Program-made: the position numbers and the translations under genes
In this document: one piece after another, positions 60,410-64,000 of the stretch
Position numbering within the stretch: the first letter of the stretch is position 1
Layout: every line of letters begins with the position of its first letter
The notes under the pieces: model-generated
Told to the model about the DNA's origin: nothing
The model's input: the letters and a program-made list of their open reading frames with translations, nothing else
Database searches by the model: none
NCBI GenBank assembly: GCA_028534125.1
Contig: CM052818.1
Span: forward strand, 22,942,001-23,006,000
DNA: 64,000 nt
Source: Lama glama
Taxonomy: Eukaryota
Direction of reading: 5' to 3'

Positions 60410-63389
60410 GGTATGTATGTTTGCATATATACATACCCCTCCCCCAGGGCTTAGGCCTTACAAAGTCTGAGCCCTCTCAAAATTAGCCTGCAAGACTGGA
60501 AGCAATAGTGACCTCTAGTAACCAAAGGTACAAAAAAAGTTCTATTTCGGAGCAGCAACTCAGCTGAAATAGAAGAGATTTAGGCTAGAAGTCTATAAAC
60601 TAGGAAGGTACTAATTTAGATTTAATCACAGTGGAAACCATCATAATACCAGGACTGAAATGCAAATGATAATTTTTATACTTTATCTTACTTTATCATG
60701 ACATGAGACTACTAATCATTATGGTTTATACTCCTTGATGATAGACTCAAGCAGATGACCTTTCTGATATCTTCGCCTGACAGTTCCTAAATACTAGTGA
60801 ATTTCATTATAGTTTACACCCATACAGTAAAGTTACTACTAGGAACTGTTGCACATCCAACATCTCAAAATCTGAAATCCATCTCCTTACCCTCATCTGT
60901 AATATCCTCTTATTCCTGAATCTATCCCAATCCCTTTGTCCAAAAAGCAACTTTTAAAATAACTTCCTGTTTCTGTACCCACCTTCTTGCCACATTTAAC
61001 AAGTTATTTATTGAGACATCCCAATATGTTAGTAAAAAACTGTCCCTGTCTTCAAAAGGTTTATAACCCAGCAGGAGCAATAAATATACCAAAAGAGACA
61101 TATAATTAAATTATAAAACAACTCCAAGAAGAGACAAAAAGTAGATCATTTTCAGGAATTAATTTGAGGTCTTATAGGATGGGGAAATTTCTGACCAAGA
61201 GAAGGATAAAGATGGTCCATAAAGGAAGAACTTTAGTTAATACTCAAAATCTTTTATTTATCTCAGATTCCTTATCATATGCCCCACAGCCCCAGCTGCA
61301 TACCTCTTCCACTCTCCTCACATTTTCAAGCTTCCTGCCACCTTTTTCAATCTGTCAATTACTGTGGTTCATTCTTTGAGAAGATTGAGGACTATACATA
61401 CATCATCAAATTTTATCTTTTCTATTTGGAACTTTATCTGTACATTTCTCTTTTCCTCTTATCTCACAAGAAGGTGTACTTTTGTCCTCTTAACTCTTGG
61501 CCACTGATTTTTCTTTTTAAGTATATTTTGAGTAGAAATGACCAAAGACCATTTGATTTCCATAGAGAAATGGAGCTCTGTAAGTGGTAATTGCTGCCTG
61601 ATCTGAGGCAATATCCACTCATACACTTTCATATAAAAAGAGCAGCTTAGAAGTCTTTGATCTGTAGTTAAAATAATAGGAAACTCTCCCATCCCCTACC
61701 ACAATTATGAATCATTTTAGCCCAAGGACTCCAACAAGGAAGTTCACACCTTCTAACATGATTAATGTAATTTACTTATAAACAACATTTACAGCAAAAC
61801 CATGACAATCCCTGTCTTCTCACAAATGTTACTTGGAGTAAGAGCCAAATGATACAGATCCGTGCCTGTACACTCTCTCAGATTCTACATAATTAGGAAT
61901 GTTTCTTTTGGAGAACTGACATCCTCTAAATTTCAAGTTTGCCTCTGGGTTCTCTCATTTCTCAAGTGGCAGTTACAATGTTTGATACTTTTGGTTTACC
62001 AGCAGTTTCCTGGTTTAAAATGACTATTTCCCACCTTCAGATAATCTGACTCCTTTGCTTTTATACCATTGTGTACTAACAGACTGTCTTCACATATTGC
62101 CACTGGGCTGTACTCTCAAATTACATTCATTTGGTCACCCCAAGAGGTCTTAATGGGTTTCCCAGGCACCAGCTGTGACATAATTTGTCTTTCTGGCAGT
62201 TAAAACTGCCAAAGTGTTCCCTAGGCCTTCCCTTTTGCTCCAGAGTACAGGTAATTTTTTTTTCTTTTGGCAGGGATTCAGCTGCAACTGGTGCATATAT
62301 TATGAACATATGCCGTCAAAAGGAAAGAATTCTCCAACAGAAGAGAAGGTATATGAGAAATTTAAATGACTGGCCACCTTAAAAACTATTGGGAAAACTT
62401 TCTACCTCAGTTAACTATCTGGCATAATATATTCAAGAAAAAAAAATGGGGCTTAGCTTTTAATACTACTGGCACACTGGCAAGGATAAACTAAAAGAAG
62501 AGAATTAAAAATACTGAAATGACTAGTTAGGTGTGTTTCTGATTTTGGCATCTACTGAATGGCAATACTACTATGAAGTGATATAGAACATCATTAAACC
62601 ATTAGCAGACACATTTAGTTTTAGCCACACCTGAAGCCAAGTCATGTTTCCATATCACCACCTTCTAGCAAAACTATATAATAGTTGTATTCACTCAACA
62701 AGGAAGTTGACCTATACCTTTAACTATAGCTTCAATAGAAGGGTTCTACCTATTCTATCCAAAGTAGTTTAGTCTTACCTCTAAAGAAAAAATCCTCTAG
62801 AAATTGTAAATACCTTAAGAAGATGGAAGTGATTATTGTCCTGTCAGCAATTTATGCGAAAGTGAATACTACAAATTCTAATTTCACAGGGGACTAAGAA
62901 AAATTCACATATAAAATGTTCCCACAGTATCAGAAATGACTCGATCTTTTTTTAAAAAACTCAGGTGTAACTGACATATAACATTACATTAATTTCAGGT
63001 TCTTCACTTTTTAATTGAAGGAAAAAACACAAAATCCCTATAAAATAATTTCATTGGTTAGAAAATACTTTGCTTAAAATGTTTATTCCAAAATATTTAC
63101 ACCATTAATACATTAATCCTATTTAATTTCAAAACTGACAGTTGATCTTTTTAAGGTTACATACAAATGACAATAGTGTAGAATCACTTAATATTAGTAT
63201 TTCTCTTCCAATTACTTTCTATAGTATACTATATATAAATTCCAAGATAAAGCTGCTTAGAATTGCCAAAAATAAAATTAATAAAACTTGAGCTATGCAG
63301 CTCTCTAGATCAATATCAGAAAACATAATTGGTCAAATTTTTTCACTAACAGTTAATAGAGTAATTCTTAATGAATTATGTTTATCTCT

Positions 63390-63499
63390 CTCTCTCTTTC
63401 TTTTTGCTAAATTTATTTTTAATGGAGGTACTGGGGATTGAATCCAGGACCCTGTGCATGCTAGACATGTACTCTACCACTGAGCTATATCCTCCCCCT
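63390..63499 (-). mobile_element. tRNA-derived SINE (Vic-1-like)
   Basis: Reverse complement reads gggggaggatatagctcagtggtagagtacatgtctagcatgcacagggtcctggattcaatccccagtacctcc, followed by an A-rich tail. Confidence 0.85.
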
Positions 63500-64000
63500 C
63501 TGCTCATCTCTTAAATAATATCTCCCTAAATTATTATATAACCAATCCTCCCCTCATCAATCCATTTTACAGCCAGCAATTCAAAGCCTATGTCTAAAGT
63601 AATAAAGTAACTTTAAAGAATAATCACTGGTGGACCCCATTCTAACATGTAATCACATTAGCATACTATAAGAATAGCAGTCGAAGTAGGATTAATGGAA
63701 ATGAACTCAGTATCTAATTAATAACATTATTAATAAGATTTAAGAGTTGGTAGTACTATGTGGAAAGAAAAAGTTCTGATGTAGCAGCTGCAGGTGGCTC
63801 CAGAACTAGATAAATCTCCACTAAAGAGCCTGTAACAAAACTGTTTCTAAACTTATTTTAGAGACACAGGAATTATGAATGACAACTAGAAAAGGACAAC
63901 TTACAAAAAGTATGTTCCTGGGGGATAGGAACCATAGCTATTTGTATTTCATGGCACCAAAACAGGCACTGCAGGTGCTAAGTAACTGAGGTATCATACA

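Noticed and set aside
1..64000. Most short ORFs in the six-frame track as independent genes
   Set aside because: They are 60-119 aa with no recognisable domain and often lie in repeats; those with real peptide (812-1042, 8652-8858, 18609-18797, 19933-20172, 28392-28700, 55170-55352) are EML4 exons read into flanking intron
55626..64000. EML4 exon 2 or the main promoter
   Set aside because: No coiled-coil-coding exon or CpG island found; the segment is repeat-rich intron 2
1..64000. CRISPR array, operon, intact provirus, rRNA/snRNA/snoRNA or processed pseudogene
   Set aside because: No regularly spaced repeats, long ORFs or recognisable RNA gene sequence by eye; an Infernal/Rfam scan would be needed to exclude small ncRNAs formally

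Overview
Mammalian, AT-rich, intron-dominated genomic DNA covering the middle of the EML4 gene (echinoderm microtubule-associated protein-like 4) on the minus strand. Exons 3-21 (numbering recalled from human EML4) are each bounded by AG/GT and splice into an uninterrupted 2133-nt (711-codon) frame encoding the basic region, HELP motif and most of the WD40/TAPE domain. The 33-nt alternative exon 6b is also present; exons 1-2 and 22-23 fall outside the window. Intron 7 has the signature of a U12-type (minor spliceosome) GT-AG intron. Introns carry old L1, L2, MIR, LTR and hAT/Tigger/Tc2 relics plus five younger tRNA-derived SINEs resembling the camelid Vic-1 family (tentative Camelidae assignment), and there is a 100-N assembly gap in intron 11. 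I cannot support a wholly new biological system here. The best leads for undescribed function are in intron 6: a candidate 3-nt microexon or recursive splice site with UGC and clustered RBFOX motifs (~49180-49320), and a promoter-like GC-box plus double-CRE palindrome (~45228-45330). Repeat family names are from recalled consensus similarity and repeat boundaries are approximate.
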